Part shown: one piece after another, positions 1 through 13,754 of the stretch
Position numbering within the stretch: position 1 is the first letter of the stretch
Layout: every line of letters starts with the position of its first letter
NCBI GenBank assembly: GCA_964016885.1
Contig: OZ024748.1
Coordinates: forward strand, 49,662,001 to 49,726,000
Origin: Eledone cirrhosa
Lineage: Eukaryota
DNA length: 64,000 nucleotides
Reading direction: 5' to 3'
Notes under the pieces: generated by a model
Databases searched by the model: none
Told to the model about the DNA's origin: nothing
What the model saw: the letters and a program-made list of their open reading frames with translations, nothing else
Translations under genes and position numbers: made by a program

Positions 1-100
1 ACCTGTAACAAACATATCAAGTGATACTTTAAAAAAGTCACCATTCTGTTCCTGATTGAATGAAGATATATACAATATTGGAAATTGGATTACAGTTAGT

Positions 101-1440
101 CAATACAGGACTGAACATGTGTGTTTGATGGATGGAGAAACTACCAGCCAGCCAATACAGGGTTCATCTTGTGTGTTTGATGGATGGAGAAACTACCAGC
201 CAGCCAATACAGGGTTCATCTTGTGTGTTTGATGGATGGAGAAACTACCAGCCAGCCAATACAGGGTTCATCTTGTGTGTTTGATGGATGGAGAAACTAC
301 CAGCCAGCCAATACAGGGTTCATCTTGTGTGTTTGATGGATGGAGAAACTACCAGCCAGCCAATACAGGGTTCATCTTGTGTGTTTGATGGATGGAGAAA
401 CTATCAGCCAGCCAATACAGGGTTCATCTTGTGTGTTTGATGGATGGAGAAACTATCAGCCAGCCAAAACAGGGTTCATCTTGTGTGTTTGATGGATGGA
501 GAAACTACCAGCCAGCCAATACAGGGTTCATCTTGTGTGTTTGATGGATGAAGAAACTATCAGCCAGCCAATACAGGGTTCATCTTGTGTGTTTGATGGA
601 TGGAGAAACTACCAGCCAGCCAATACAGGGTTCATCTTGTGTGTTTGATGGATGGAGAAACTACCGGCCAGCCAATACAGGGTTCATCTTGTGTGTTTCA
701 TAGATGGAGAAACTACCAGCCAGCCAATACAGGGTTCATCTTGTGTGTTTGATGGATGGAGAAACTACCAGCCAGCCAATACAGGGTTCATCTTGTGTGT
801 TTGATGGATGGAGAAACTACCAGCCAGCCAATACAGGGTTCATCTTGTGTGTTTGATGGATGGAGAAACTACCAGCCAGCCAATACAGGGTTCATCTTGT
901 GTGTTTGATGGATGGAGAAACTACCAGCCAGCCAATACAGGGTTCATCTTGTGTGTTTGATGGATGGAGAAACTACCAGCCAGCCAATACAGGGTTCATC
1001 TTGTGTGTTTGATGGATGGAGAAACTACCAGCCAGCCAATACAGGGTTCATCTTGTGTGTTTGATGGATGGAGAAACTACCAGCCAGCCAATACAGGGTT
1101 CATCTTGTGTGTTTGATGGATGGAGAAACTACCAGCCAGCCAATACAGGGTTCATCTTGTGTGTTTGATGGATGGAGAAACTACCAGCCAGCCAATACAG
1201 GGTTCATCTTGTGTGTTTGATGGATGGAGAAACTACCAGCCAGCCAATACAGGGTTCATCTTGTGTGTTTGATGGATGGAGAAACTATCAGCCAGCCAAT
1301 ACAGGGTTCATCTTGTGTGTTTGATGGATGGAGAAACTATCAGCCAGCCAATTCAGGGCTGAGCTTGTGTGTTTCATATACAAGGAAAGTATCAGCCAGC
1401 CAATATAGGGCTGAGCTATTGTGCTTCATATACAGGGAAA
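101..1440. repeat. 52-bp minisatellite, about 25 copies (CAATACAGGGTTCATCTTGTGTGTTTGATGGATGGAGAAACTACCAGCCAGC)
   Basis: Unit read directly; period confirmed (copies start at 361 and 621, 5 x 52 apart); degenerate at both ends. Probably intronic to the SLC6 gene. Confidence 0.97.
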
Positions 1441-1633
1441 GTATCTATATACATTCATGGGACTATGTCAGAAGCAAGTTTGTTTCATAGTAGAATTGAA
1501 TTCTACTTAAGCAGTTAACTCACACATGTGACATCAACATTTATTTGTTTACTGCTCTGATATTCATACACTAAATAGTGACATTATCAGATAGACCTAT
1601 ATTCTCAATAATTGTATATATATATATATATAT

Positions 1634-1759
<126 letters not shown>

Positions 1760-2123
1760 TGTGTGTGTTTTTAAGATATGCTGCAAATTTCAAGCCTAGC
1801 AAAAGGTCCAGCAAATAAGTTGGAGATAAATTTTTCATGTCTTTTTTTTAATTTTTATTTTATTTTAGTAAAAATAACTGTGACTTATGAGTATATATGG
1901 TAAAATGAATATCAATATTTGTTTATAAGCAATGATAATTTCTCTCTATTGACTGTAGTCCCGATTGAGGATATTCAGACTCTTTATTACATGTATTATT
2001 TAATATAATGAATTATACTACATGTCATATAATTTATGTCATAATTTATTACACCTACTATATATTTTATATATAACTTTCTTAGTTACTTTTATTATGC
2101 ATTTATCATCAGTCAGTTTATTA

Positions 2124-2164
<41 letters not shown>

Positions 2165-2526
2165 GTATTAGGGTTTATGATTGACTATGTCCATCTTTGT
2201 AGTAGGTAATTTACAAGGTAGATTACACATATGCAGTGTTTCTTAAAGTGTGTTATAAAGAAAATTGAGGCGGGGCAATGAACATCATGGTTGTGATAGA
2301 GGTGTGCTGGATGGGGAAGTAGAGAGATCCTTATGAAACTTCATTAGTGATCTACTCAGAATTGTGTCAAGAAAAGAATGTGATAGTTGTTCGAAAATTA
2401 TGCTTCTATATTTTCTAAGTGCCATATTTTTCACGATATGAAACAAGACACTGATGTATAAGACACATCTGGTATTAATAAGATATTAAAAGGGAAAAAC
2501 ACGACAACCTCACTAATTTTCTAAAG

Positions 2527-2792
2527 TCTGCCTTGAGCCTGGAGGCTCACCAAATTGGTGCTTATACCAGTTTCCGTGGTGTGAAGTGACTGACAGTAAA
2601 AGACACCAGTCCATTGCAGGATTCAACCCCCCCCCCCCAGCTATGGCTGGTACTCACTTCTAGCTGACTATACTAGAGCAACGTGAAATGAAGTGCTTTG
2701 CTTAAGAACACAACACACAACCTAGTTCAGGAATCAAACTGATGATATTATGATCCTAAGTCCAACACACTTACCACAAGGCCACGCACTTC
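2527..2792 (-). mobile_element. tRNA-derived SINE, family S2, decayed
   Basis: Reverse complement resembles the + strand copy at 24849-25130 (A box-like TGGCCTTGTGG, B box-like GTTTGATTCC, ACTTCATTTCACGTTGCTC, GAGTACCAGC). Confidence 0.7.
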
Positions 2793-3408
2793 CACTCATT
2801 AATGTTGGTGACATGATCAAATACACCGAGTACACTCTGTAACGTAATTAGTGTTAGGAAGTGAATCCAGCTGTAAAAACTTGCCAAAAAAGGGATTTCA
2901 GCGACTTTTTCCTTTTGTTAAAATTGCTGGCCTTGAGTCAAAATTATAAAAAGTTATTTATGGCAGCAAAAAAATTATTTTAGGACCCCCTTTAAATAAT
3001 GTGAGACTCCTGGCTACAGGCCTGTTAGCACTCCACCCTTAATCTACTACTGGTCATTACATTTGTAGTATCATGGCAATATATATAGTTTTTCTTTACA
3101 CAAAATAAACAAATTCCATTGTTTCCACAGAAACTGAAATTAGGTTTCAATTTTCAGTTTAATGGAGCTCTAAAATAGGACTTTGCCTCGTTAGGTCTAT
3201 TCCTATTTTATTATTTGTATTTATTTATTTGCTTGTCTGAAATTTTATTGTGAATATTTGAAATTGAAGTTCTTTTGAAAATAATTATAAACACGTATCT
3301 GATTATAATGAAAACGAATGTTAACTTTATACATAAAACCATTTGTCTAAAAATGTACGATATACATATATACACAAATATATATATTTATTTATTTTTC
3401 TTGTTTAG

Positions 3409-3568
3409 GTGTTTTGTGTTTATTAAGTTTTACGGTCGGGATTCTTTTCACACTCAACAGCGGTGCTTACTGGGTTGAACTTTTCGACTTCTTCTCTGGT
3501 ACATTTGCTCTGATGATTGTGGCCTTTTTAGAAATTGTAGCAGTTTCTTACAAATATGGTATCAACAA
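3409..3568 (+). CDS. SLC6 (NSS) Na+-dependent transporter, internal exon (about TM9-TM10)
   Basis: ttgtttag|GT acceptor and AA|gtaagt donor. Encodes VLCLLSFTVGILFTLNSGAYWVELFDFFSGTFALMIVAFLEIVAVSYKYGIN, matching the SLC6 pattern G-Y...LFD...E..AV.Y.YG. Phase joins the next exon (AA+C = Asn). Not in the ORF track. Confidence 0.93.
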
Positions 3569-5339
3569 GTAAGTAGAAAAAACCCCACAAATTTATGTAA
3601 AGCGGTGTTTCGTTGGCTGCTCTGAATGGCGGCGCGTTTGCTATATTGTCGGCAGTGTGTTGTTTAGATATACTACCTATGACTGGGCTGTACAGTCTGC
3701 CACACTGTCCATCCATACTGTCTCTTAATTTTGTGATTTAAATTTTTCTTATTTATTTAAAAAAATAAAATATAAGCGATTATATAAGGAATTAATTATT
3801 ACTAATAACGTTATAAACATAACACACAAGATATATAAGCAAAGGGAGAGAAAAAGAGTAAAAAGCTCACTAATTCATAACTGACTGCGTCAAGCGGTCT
3901 CACATCACATAGGCTATCGGACATTTTTGAGGCAAACCAACACGCTCACAGAATTATCGCGGGTGATGGCGTGGCTATGGCGCTGAAACACCAAGCACCT
4001 CACGTACATCACCTGAAACCTCGGTAAATTGAACCGCTAACAATACGGTTTTGTTGCTGAGACGCTGGAATAGCTAAGGACATGGTACGGATTATTCGCT
4101 CTTACATATGTTTAAGGTGTAAGGGGAAATAATTCATGAGTGACTTAAACGTAAACATTAGACTTATCTCCCCTTGCAATATGTAACTTATTGAGCGACT
4201 AACTTCGTCTACAAACTGCTGCTCTTTCACATCTGTTTTATGTGATGTTAGAGATTGGGAGGCCATATCATGTATACAAGGATTACTGGATATATGAACA
4301 ATCATACAAACTGGAAAATTTGCATTTCGATAAATTAAAGGTTTGCATAAGAGAATACATATAGTTTATGTTGAATTTACGTGGAAACGATCAATCTGCT
4401 ATAATTTCTATCCCTTCTCTCTCTTTCTCCCCCCCCACTCTCTCTACCCTTGTCTGCTTCTGTCTTTCTCTCTCCTTATCTCTCCCTCATGACTACTTTC
4501 TCTCCCCCTCTCTCTCTCCCTCTTTCTCCTTATCTCCCCCTCTTGACTGCCCTCTCTCTTCCTCTGTTTAACCCCTCGCTTTCCCCCCTCTTCTCTGGCT
4601 ACTCCTGCCCTCTTCTCAGAAGATTGGCTCAATTCTCTACGCTACGGTCATTTAAAGCAACCAACTGTTTTACAGTTATTTCTACTTTTGAGCCCCTATC
4701 AGAGATAAGAATATATATATATATATACTGTTAAAATCTCAGGCGTACTTGGAGGCCCAGAGCCCCCCCCTCTATTTCTTTGTGACACTAAGGCCCTATC
4801 TTTTCCCTTCATGTTTTGTATATTTTCTTATTTTATATTCCATTTTTTCTTCTCAATCATAATTAACTTTTTGTTAATAATTAGCTAAATGTTCAGCATG
4901 TGTGCATAAGTGACCCTGAGGATTAAATGTATGAGTAACTGTGGAGGAATAACTGTTTTACATGAACCAATGTAGGACATTGTGGTTGGAAAGCAAACTT
5001 CTAATTGTAAAAAAACATGACTTGATATAGGAAATGCATTGTGTATGTGTGTGTAAATTAAAAATAGTTACAAACACATGCATACATGTGCATGTATGTA
5101 TGTATGCACATATATATATATATATATATGTGCATAAATATATATGGATAGAGATCTTTGGTGCCATGCAGTTGTACAGAAGACTCGCCTTCCCTTGCAT
5201 ACAAACTTAAACCTACAGCCAGTAGGCACCTCTTAACCCAATATACACCCCTACCCCCACACACACCCTACCCGATCCTCCCATTTCCGTTCCGTCCACT
5301 GTGTCGATGACACAACAGTTCACACTGTAAGGTGGTCAT

Positions 5340-5531
5340 GTAGGAGACACGGTAAAAAGGCTCCCAGTCAACACTGTAAATATGGTTGGTGTTAGGAAGG
5401 GCATCCAACTGTAGAAAACCTGCCAGAGACACATCCGTATGAATGAGACACGGTCTCCCGGCCATTCCCGCATCAAATGGAACAAAACCGTCTAACCCAT
5501 GCTAGCGTGGAAGATGGACATTAAACAATGA

Positions 5532-5573
<42 letters not shown>

Positions 5574-5702
5574 TGCCAGAATCAGTTCCAGTATGAGCAA
5601 GACAAGGTCAGCCAACCGGACACTGCCTACAACAGGACAACCCTTCTAACCCAGGCTAGCGTGGAAGAACGCATGTAAAACGGTGTTGATGATGATGATG
5701 AT
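5340..5702 (+). mobile_element. Two copies or fragments of SINE-like family S3 with (GAT)n tail
   Basis: GTTGGTGTTAGGAAGGGCATCCA...CTAACCCATGCTAGCGTGGAAGA...(GAT)n; the same sequence recurs at 6010-6290 (-) and 62440-62595 (+). Confidence 0.7.
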
Positions 5703-5713
5703 ATATATGTATA

Positions 5714-5906
5714 ATAATAATAAAAGGACGATTTGTTATGTCTTCATTACGTTTATTGATTGGTGATGAGTGTTTTGCTATTGATCAGCTCAAGGTTTGA
5801 TCTATATCAATCTGGCCCAACTCTGGAATCAAAAGCTCAATAGCAAAATGCGCGTCACCAATCAATAAACGTAATGAAGACATAACAAATCTTCCTTTTA
5901 TTATTA
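5714..5906. repeat. Inverted repeat, about 70-bp arms, about 50-bp spacer
   Basis: 5714-5784 is the near reverse complement of 5837-5906. Confidence 0.9.
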
Positions 5907-6009
5907 TATTTACACTCTGTTTAGCTCTACTCCTTGTTACAGACGTGAATCTAAACATCGAGTGCTTAACTGGATGAACCTACAGTAACTGCACATTACT
6001 CTCCTTGGA

Positions 6010-6290
6010 TCATCATCATCATTATCATCACCGTTTTACGTCCGTTCTTCCAGGCTAGCATGGGTTAGACAGGTTGTCCCATTGTGGCAATGTCCGGTCG
6101 GCTGACCTTGTCTTGCTCATACGGGAACTGATTCTGGCTTGATTTCTACAGCTGGATGCCCTTCCTAACACCAACCTCATTTACAGTGAGGGCTGGGTGC
6201 TTTTTTTCCCGTGGTGCCTACATGTCCACTTTACAGTGTGGGCTGGGTGCTTTTTTTTCCGTGGCGCCTACACGTCCAGTTTACAGTGGA
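6010..6290 (-). mobile_element. SINE-like family S3 copy, inverted relative to 5575-5702
   Basis: (CAT)n followed by the reverse complement of 5575-5700, then CAGCTGGATGCCCTTCCTAACACCAAC. Confidence 0.75.
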
Positions 6291-6472
6291 ATGATACATA
6301 TATATATATATATATAGAGAGAGAGAGTGAGAGGAAGGTAAAAACCCAACCATGAAGTCAAGTGGTTTCGGCTTGTAATCAGCAAGCCTTTCCATATTAT
6401 TATAGTTGAGTGTGTGTCTGTGTTTGAATTACTCCTTGATCTTTACTGTAATATTTCTTTTTTCTCGTCCAG

Positions 6473-6635
6473 CTTTTGTAATGATGTATATGGAATGATT
6501 GGGATACGGCCAAACATAATATGGCGTGTTTTGTGGAAGTTTATTGCTCCAGCATTAATTCTCATTCTTCTTGTGTCCACCATTATAATGAAGTTCATTG
6601 ATCCTGTTACTTACAAAGCATACGATAAAAAACAG
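6473..6635 (+). CDS. SLC6 transporter, penultimate coding exon (about TM11)
   Basis: Polypyrimidine tract plus cag acceptor; CAG|gtatgt donor. Encodes FCNDVYGMIGIRPNIIWRVLWKFIAPALILILLVSTIIMKFIDPVTYKAYDKKQ (SLC6 F..D...MIG..P...W...W..I.P motif). 163 bp, phases consistent. Confidence 0.95.
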
Positions 6636-7091
6636 GTATGTATTATAATTTATTTAGCGATCTTTTTACTGGTTTCGGTCATTAGACTGTGGCCATGCTG
6701 GGGGTATACAGAAACAGATTGACTTTAGATATGCTTTATTCTCTTATTGGTTCCAGTCATTAGACTGTGGCCATGCTGGGGGCTTACAGAAACAGATTTA
6801 CTGGTTCCAGTCATTAGACTGTGGCTATGCTGGGGTAGCACCCTCATCGGTTTATCAGGTCCTATCAACACTAGTACTTATTTCTATGTCTGGTATTTAT
6901 TTTAATGAACTGCTGAGTTACTTGACATAACCAAACAACACACACACATATATATATGTGAATTCACTGAAATACCAGGGACCTCCACAGATCAACTGAT
7001 GAGAAGGGACAGTCCTGTGTTTCGTCCATTTTCCCATTGTCTTTGACCACCTACTTTTAATATATATATATATGTATACATATATATATAT

Positions 7092-7343
7092 AGTAATAAT
7101 AATAAATTTGAAGACTAAAATCCAAAGAGGGCTCGATAAGGATAAATATATATCAAATATATAAGAACCATAGAGCAAATATTTATTAAAATAACAGATT
7201 AAAGTTTAAGCAAAGAATCGCTGCTTTCACCCTTAACAGGATCTTCTGAAACAAAAAAAATCAATCTGTCAGATTGATTTTTTTTGTTTCAGAAGATCCT
7301 GTTAAGGGTGAAAGCAGCGATTCTTTGCTTAAACTTTAATCTG

Positions 7344-7350
<7 letters not shown>
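7092..7350. mobile_element. (TA)n-flanked fold-back element, family C: perfect palindrome 7188-7350 with a variant hammerhead-like core
   Basis: 81-bp arms around a single T at 7269. The same head and one arm recur at 36693-36978. Confidence 0.8.
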
Positions 7351-7427
<77 letters not shown>

Positions 7428-8367
7428 GGTGTTGGATGCTCAAAGCGTCCGTTTGCGGTAGGCCGTATGAGCACTTGATGCCCTCATAGAGCAGATCATA
7501 GGAAAATCTGCTTCGTAGAATCGAGACACATCCAACGACCGAGAGATTTCAGAGTCAGTTATGATCAACATCCTTTCGTCGCATCACTGATTCTCTTTTT
7601 TCTGTGATATATATATATATATATATATAGTATAACTGAACAAAAAAGAAAAACGCACACAGGCATATACATGTATGCGTTCAAATCGTAATGGACCAGA
7701 AACGCTAAGGTGAAAAAAAATACCAACTACAGACAATAGGGTTTGCTAGACTCAATTTAAGAATAAATCAAGAAAAATAAATACAAACCAGTATTGTGGT
7801 AACTACCCATCACCAGGACGGTTTTTGATGGAACCGTTTTGCAATATTAATTGTGAAGAGGTATATCAAATTCTTAGCTCATCAGTGGGTGAAGAATTAG
7901 AATCCTGATCACTTCTAAATAAAATAAAGAACTGGATAGTGTGTGTAACACACATGGTTTCCGAACTTAGCGCGTTTTGCAGACTCATGTCACTAAAAAT
8001 AGTAGCAGGGTCTACAAAACAATTGAATTAGCTCTACGAATTAACGGAGCCGAATATATATACATATATATCAAATTAAAAAACGGAGTTAAAGATTCAG
8101 GTTAATCACCTATAATTTAATGAACTCAAGGAATAGATTCTGGGCTCTTTATAAATCAGTATACAGAGAGAAGTAGACATAGATGTATGTGTATAATCAT
8201 AGGAGATATAAAACCACCAGAGTGTTGAACATATTGTCTACGAAAGGAAAGGTTAATGCAGATCAATTAAAAGAATAAATTAAAGTGTACTAACCATCCA
8301 ATAATAACTATTACACCTGGACATGCTCAAATTAGAGAATGTTTCGCCATAAAAAGTGAAGATTACA

Positions 8368-8498
8368 TATTGTAGAGGGCTTAGCAACAGGTGGACCACA
8401 ATATGGTCCACACTTCTGTGCATTATTTTATTTATCTGATATATTTTTAGAAGTGTGGACCATATTGTAGTCCATCTGTTGATAAGCCCCCTGCAATA
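8368..8498. repeat. Imperfect inverted repeat, about 50-bp arms
   Basis: GGGCTTAGCAACAGGTGGACCACAATATGGTCCACACTTCT versus AGAAGTGTGGACCATATTGTAGTCCATCTGTTGATAAGCCC. Confidence 0.8.
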
Positions 8499-8640
8499 TT
8501 TCCACGAGAGATAGATAAATAAATAAAAGATAGATAGATAGATAGATAGATAGGGTGAAAGGCATAGATAGATAGATAGAAGGATGAAAGGCATAGTTGA
8601 CCTCAGTGTTATGTTAGAGAGCTGGAATGAATACTGCAAA

Positions 8641-9540
8641 GTGTTCTATCCAATATGTTCTATCCAATCTGTTCTATCTGATATGTTCTATCTGATATGT
8701 TCTATCTGATGTGTTCTATCTGATATGTTCTATCCAATGTGTTCTATCGAATGTGTTCTATCCAATCTGTTCTATCCAATGTGTTCTATCGAATGTGTTC
8801 TATCCAATGTGTTCTATCGAATGTGTTCTATCCAATGTGTTCTATCCAATGTGTTCTATCCAATGTGTTCTATCCAATATGTTCTATCCAATATGTTCTA
8901 TCGAATGTGTTCTATCCAATATGTTCTATCCAATGTGTTCTATCCAATGTGTTATATTGAATGTGTTCTATCCAATGTGTTCTATCCAATGTGTTCTATT
9001 GAATGTGTTCTATCCAATGTGTTCTATCCAATGTGTTCTATCCAATATGTTCTATCGAATATGTTCTATCCAATGTGTTCTATCCAATATGTTCTATCCA
9101 ATATGTTCTATCGAATGTGTTCTATCGAATGTGTTCTATCCAATGTGTTCTATCCAATGTGTTCTATTGAATGTGTTCTATCCACTGTGTTCTATCCAAT
9201 GTGTTCTATCCAATGTGTTCTATCCACTGTGTTCTATCCAATGTGTTCTATCCAATGTGTTCTATCAAATGTGTTCTATCGAATGTGTTCTATCGAATGT
9301 GTTCTATCCAATGTGTTCTATCCAATGTGTTCTATCCAATATGTTCTATCCAATGTGTTCTATCGAATGTGTTCTATCGAATGTGTTCTATCGAATGTGT
9401 TCTATACAATGTGTTCTATCCAATGTGTTCTATCGAATGTGTTCTATCGAATGTGTTCTATCCAATGTGTTCTATCCAATGTGTTCTATCCAATGTGTTC
9501 TATCCAATGTGTTCTATCGAATGTGTTCTATCTGATGTGT
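8641..9540. repeat. 14-bp minisatellite (TGTGTTCTATCCAA), about 64 copies
   Basis: Read directly; ends about 100 bp upstream of the last SLC6 acceptor; explains ORFs 8711-9579. Confidence 0.97.
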
Positions 9541-9638
9541 CCCTCTGATGCCAATTCCTTGATTCCTGTACAGTACTGATGTACAGACTGTCTCAGATTT
9601 TTAACACTTGTTTTTTTGCTTTTTCCATACTGTTACAG

Positions 9639-9932
9639 GCTGCCTTGTATGACAAGGAATACCCTTGGTTTGCTAGCCTCATTGCTGGATTCCTTGTATT
9701 ATTGCCTATAATTTGGCTTCCAGGAATAGCTTTTACTCGCCGCTTTGGCATGTTCAGATATGAACCAGAAACAGCACCAATTGGTATGGAAGGTATTATT
9801 AGTTCAAGAACTGCATTTGTTGATGTCACAGACAATGTAGATGAATGTACAAATGGCAGGAAATCTATAATACAGACAACATCAGATGGTACAAGACTAG
9901 CAAAACCCAGAAGTGGAGAAAATTTTGTATGA
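9639..9932 (+). CDS. SLC6 transporter, last coding exon (TM12 and C-terminal tail); SLC6A15/17/18/19/20-like clade
   Basis: ttacag|GCT acceptor, phase 0. Encodes AALYDKEYPWFASLIAGFLVLLPIIWLPGIAFTRRFG...SGENFV*. YP-W before TM12 and RRF after it resemble the neutral amino-acid transporter clade; orthology cannot be resolved here. Confidence 0.92.
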   Translation, partial: AALYDKEYPWFASLIAGFLVLLPIIWLPGIAFTRRFGMFRYEPETAPIGMEGIISSRTAFVDVTDNVDECTNGRKSIIQTTSDGTRLAKPRSGENFV

Positions 9933-10511
9933 AACCAAGTTTTAATTTTTTTTTTGTGTCTGTGAAATATTTGAATTCAGCAAAAATGACTTATTCTTAT
10001 AATATTAATAGAAAATGAAATTCTCAAAATAATGAAAAGGTTGATTATAAATTGTGAACAATTTTACGTATATATGTATGTAAATGTAATTTGGGGTGGG
10101 GAAAAAGAGAGAGAGAGTGTGTCAGAAGACTGACAGACAGACAAATAGAGTGCAAGTGGAACCATATATAGCATGTATACACTTGATTGTATATAACTGT
10201 ATATATGTAAGTATATGCATATAAATGTGTTTATGAATGGTAGCATATAAACTCATGTCTGTAAACATACATACATGCATATATATATATATATATATAT
10301 ATATGCATGTATGTATATATGTATGTTTAAATATATATATATATATATGTATGTGCATATATGTATATATATATGTGTGTAAATATATATATATGTATAA
10401 TCATATATATATATAAATATACATATATATATATACATGTATATATATATATGTATATATATATGAATATATATATATATATATATATATTATGATGATA
10501 TATATATGTAC

Positions 10512-10599
<88 letters not shown>

Positions 10600-11939
10600 T
10601 TATATGTATATATATATTTGTGTGTGTGTTGGTGGGTGTAGGCACGTACATGCATGAAGAGATTCTGAAACAAAAGTCAGTCTTCATTTATGTCATACAA
10701 TTTATATCCTGTGTATTTCTAATTCAAAACTTTACAGTTTCCCAATGACTGAACTGTGATGTTGATGTCTATTGGTCATTTTCTGTGTATTCTTCCAGCA
10801 GCCAAGAAATACTGTAACAAGAAGCTGTACTAACTCTATAGAAGCCTACAATAGTTATTGTAATTAGGCCACTAATTTGTCTGCCACATTGCTACCCACT
10901 TCGCCAATTTGTTGTTGTTGGTTCTGTCTTTTAGGTATTAACTATAACCTGATACCCAAATAAATTGCTAGGGTGTCGTTCTCAAGATTATAAGATTGCT
11001 TCTTCAATCCTTGCACAAGGTGGGGAATTGTATCTTTGAGTAAGAGACTTCATTTTCCAATGCTATACTCAACTCAGCTGAAAATAAGTATTCAGAGCAG
11101 TAACAGCTGGGTATAAGCTTGTGACTGACTGGTGGCCCCATCAGGTGGATGAATAGTCATTGTACTCTCAGTTATTTAACGCCATATGTAACTTACAGAC
11201 CAGCTTGATAGGATCAAGACAGACTTTAACTTTTATATCCCAATATATAAAACATATCAATGCCTGTTAATTTTCAGTGTCCTGTACTACATGAAAATGC
11301 ATTAGCAAAACAGTTTTGAAAAGCACAAAACAGCGCTATGACTATATCATGTTACAAATTAACATCTTTGTTCTTAGACTGCAAATGTTTACAATGATTT
11401 GTGCTTTAGTAAAGATACTATAAAAATTTGAATGAAGAGAACCCATTTTTAAACATTTTCTACTAAATCATAACAGGGATATTTTGGTGTAGGTTGGGTT
11501 GGTATAAAAAAAGGTTAAAACAGTTGACATCTTTCACTTCCAATATCTTTATATTTGTCTATACCACAACACCCATGCCATAGACAACCAGGGAGAGCTT
11601 GGAACAGATCAGCAACATTCAGTAGCCTTGATAGCATCATTTATCTACTTTAGAAACAAAAACAGCAACAACATATATTTTTAGGCCACTTTCCTTGCTA
11701 AAGCAAAGGCTAGTCTTGCGAGGCCCATAACAGGTTTCATATACATTAGGGGTCTTTTCTGAGGCAATTGGTGGTGCTAACCTTTTAGTTAGCTATTATG
11801 ACACACAGAGATATGGTGCACCTATCCTTGATAGAATTAGTTTAAGAGATATCTAATGTTCAGAGTGAAGGCATTGTAAAATTTTGAAGTTTTGAGTTAT
11901 AAATATATATGAAATTCTTTGATAATCTGATTCAATATA

Positions 11940-12052
<113 letters not shown>

Positions 12053-12126
12053 AATCCATATGCTTGTTTGTTTGTGTATATATATATATATGTATATATA
12101 TGTATGTATGTATATATATATATATG

Positions 12127-12164
<38 letters not shown>

Positions 12165-12770
12165 TATAAACATATGTATATATATAAACACACACACATA
12201 TATACACACATGAATGTATGTGTATGTGTGTATGTATGTATGTGCGTATGTATGCATGTATATATAGACTATGAGGATGGTGTTGTATATAGATATACAT
12301 GAATGTCCTTGTTGATTTACTTGTCTTTAAAAACAAAACCTTCTTTCCTTCCTTCCTTCCTTCCTTCCTTCCTTCCTTCCTTCCCCTCTCATGTAACATA
12401 AAACTTGGAAAGAATTATGAAAAAAAAAAAAATGATAATTGGTATTTTATAAAACTAATTCTTCAGTGATATCCTAAAAAGATCTTAGTTACAAAGACTT
12501 TGTCAAAATTTCACCTGGAACCATATTGGCAATTATATATTTTTTTTAAATGTTAATTTTAAATTTTTATTTCAAACAGAAATACAATGGAAATCATGTC
12601 TTTCAGCTTTGAATCAATGAAAAAAAAAAGGATGGTTTCCATATATTTTATATCCTGGATTTTTGATTTTTGTATAACAAAAATTCAGTATTACTGTTTT
12701 ATTTACTGCATCACCACCTTACCACCCAATATATTTATCTATTTACTTACAATTCTTTTATATATGTATG

Positions 12771-12840
<70 letters not shown>

Positions 12841-12895
12841 TATATATATATATGTATATATGTATATATGTATATATATAAAGAGAGAGATGTAT

Positions 12896-12950
<55 letters not shown>

Positions 12951-12999
12951 TATATATATATATATGTATATATGTATATATATAAAGAGAGAGATGTAT

Positions 13000-13052
<53 letters not shown>

Positions 13053-13099
13053 TATATATATATATGTATATATGTATATATATAAAGAGAGAGATGTAT

Positions 13100-13176
<77 letters not shown>

Positions 13177-13503
13177 TGTATATTCATCTATATATATATA
13201 TATATATATATAGGTGTATATACATCTATATATATATATATATAGAGAGAGATGTATATACATGTATATATATATATATAAGTATAAATAAATATATATA
13301 TATAATATATATGTATATATATATATAAATATAAATATATATATATAATATATATGTATATATATATATATAATACATGTAAATGTATATATGTCTTTAT
13401 ATGCATATAGACATGTAGACATATGTGTGTGTGTATATATATACATAAATAAATATATATATATATATTTTTTTACATACATATGCACACATGCCCTCAC
13501 ACA

Positions 13504-13543
<40 letters not shown>

Positions 13544-13556
13544 TTTTAATATAGAT

Positions 13557-13609
13557 GAGATTCTACAGGACTAGAACTGTTTCATTCTTTAGAAATCATC
13601 AGGAATCTC
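13557..13609 (-). ncRNA. Type I hammerhead ribozyme
   Basis: gagattc-CTGATGA-t ttc taaa gaa t-GAAA-cag ttctagtc ctg-TA-gaatctc: 7-bp stem I, intact core, 3-bp stem III, GUA cleavage triplet. Confidence 0.85.
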
Positions 13610-13620
13610 TGAGATTCTCT

Positions 13621-13673
13621 GAGATACCTGATGATTTCTAAAGAATGAAACAGTTCTAGTCCTGTAGAATCTC
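13621..13673 (+). ncRNA. Type I hammerhead ribozyme (mirror copy)
   Basis: gagatac-CTGATGA-tttctaaagaat-GAAA-cag...ctg-TA-gaatctc; one stem I mismatch; predicted cleavage after 13666. Confidence 0.8.
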
Positions 13674-13754
13674 ATCTATATTAAAACTTTTATACTCTGC
13701 AATGTATTGGGTACCTTACTTACTGTGGTTACCTCCGATTCAACCCGGAATAAC

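Noticed and set aside
9915-9932. PDZ-binding motif at the SLC6 C-terminus (ENFV)
   Set aside because: Ends in Val, but position -2 is Asn, which fits no canonical class.
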